The notes beneath the pieces are model-generated. The model had not been told where the DNA came from, made no database searches, and worked only from the letters and a program-made list of their open reading frames with translations. A stretch of DNA of 64,000 nt from Mobula hypostoma (taxonomy: Eukaryota), in contig NC_086111.1 in the NCBI RefSeq assembly GCF_963921235.1, forward strand, positions 59,644,001 to 59,708,000. Reading direction: 5' to 3'. Below, in pieces: positions 63,055-64,000 of the stretch (the stretch's first letter is position 1; every line of letters starts with the position of its first letter). Both the position numbers and the translations under genes were made by a program.

Positions 63055-64000
63055 GGAGGGGTAGTCTGCATGGTTTTGTCCATGTGAGATCATGTCTTAC
63101 AAAATTATAATGACATGACCAAGAAAGTCAATGAGACTAGGGTGGTAGACGTTATTTATATGAACATCAGTAAGGCCTTTGATAAGGTTCAGCATGATTG
63201 GCTGAAAGGCATGGAATCCAGTGGACAATGAAGAAGGTTAACAAAGATTACAGGAGTAGTTTAATCAGCTGAATACATGGGCTGAGGAATGGCAAATGGA
63301 GTTTAATTCAGGAAAGTGTGAGGTGTTGCTGTTTGGAAGGTCAAATCCAAGTCGAACTTTCACAATAAATGACAGGGCCCCTAAGGCGTATTGTACAGCA
63401 GAGGGATCTTGGAGTGCAAGTGCATGGTTCCCTGAATGTGGGGGGAAGGCTTTGGCACACTGCCCTTCATAATTCAGGGCGTTGAGTATAGAAGCTGGGA
63501 AGTGATGACGCAGTTGTTCAGGATGCTGGTGAGGCCGCACTTGCGGTATTGTGTTTAGTTTTGTTATAGGAAAGATGCCATTAAACTGAAAAGAGTGAAG
63601 GTATACAAGGATGTTGCCAAGACTTGAGGAACTGAATTAGGGAGAGTTTGGAAGGGCAGGGACGTTATTCCTTAGAGCATAGGAGACTATGAGGTATCTT
63701 ACAGAGGTTTATATAATTACGAGGGACTTAGACAGGGTGAACACACTAAGTCTTATTCCCCAGGTTGGGGGATTAAAAACTGCAGGGCACAAGTTTAAGG
63801 TGAGAGAGGAAAGATTTAATAGGAGCTTGAGGGGCAACTTTTTTTTTACACAAACAGTGGTGTCTATGTAGAATGAGCTGCCAGAGTAAGTGGTTGAGGT
63901 AGGCACAATAACAATTTCTAAAAGGTATTTGACAGTACATGGATTGGAAAGGTTTAAAAGGTTACTGGCCAAATGCCGGAAAATGGAACTAACTTGGATG
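63055..64000 (+). mobile_element. Degenerate CR1 LINE
   Basis: VDVIYMNISKAFDKV and WAEEWQMEFNSGKCEVL remnants, and the 3' region RFNRSLRGNFFFTQ. Confidence 0.85.

Overview
Vertebrate genomic DNA, AT-rich and dense in repeats. The repeat content (CR1 and Rex1 LINEs, tRNA-SINEs, Penelope-like elements) suggests a cartilaginous fish, probably a ray; this is inference. Two complete minus-strand genes were assembled exon by exon: ISY1 (11 coding exons, 11601-34668, 283 aa) and CNBP (4 coding exons, 44366-48922, 166 aa, with a non-coding first exon near 53.2-53.5 kb). A CpG-island first exon of an unidentified minus-strand gene lies at 1422-1571 and appears to encode a mitochondrial presequence. 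The most notable content is a young Neptune-type Penelope-like retroelement (PLE; reverse transcriptase plus GIY-YIG endonuclease) present as four near-identical 5'-truncated copies, all on the minus strand. Three have clear target-site duplications (TSDs), and each carries an intact minimal hammerhead ribozyme. Three copies lie in sense orientation inside ISY1 introns, so the ISY1 pre-mRNA contains three identical ribozymes that could dimerise. Older degenerate hammerhead elements, hAT/Charlie, Tigger, mariner-MITE and Tc1 remnants fill much of the rest. All coordinates were read by eye. Family assignments rest on motif recognition, not database searches.
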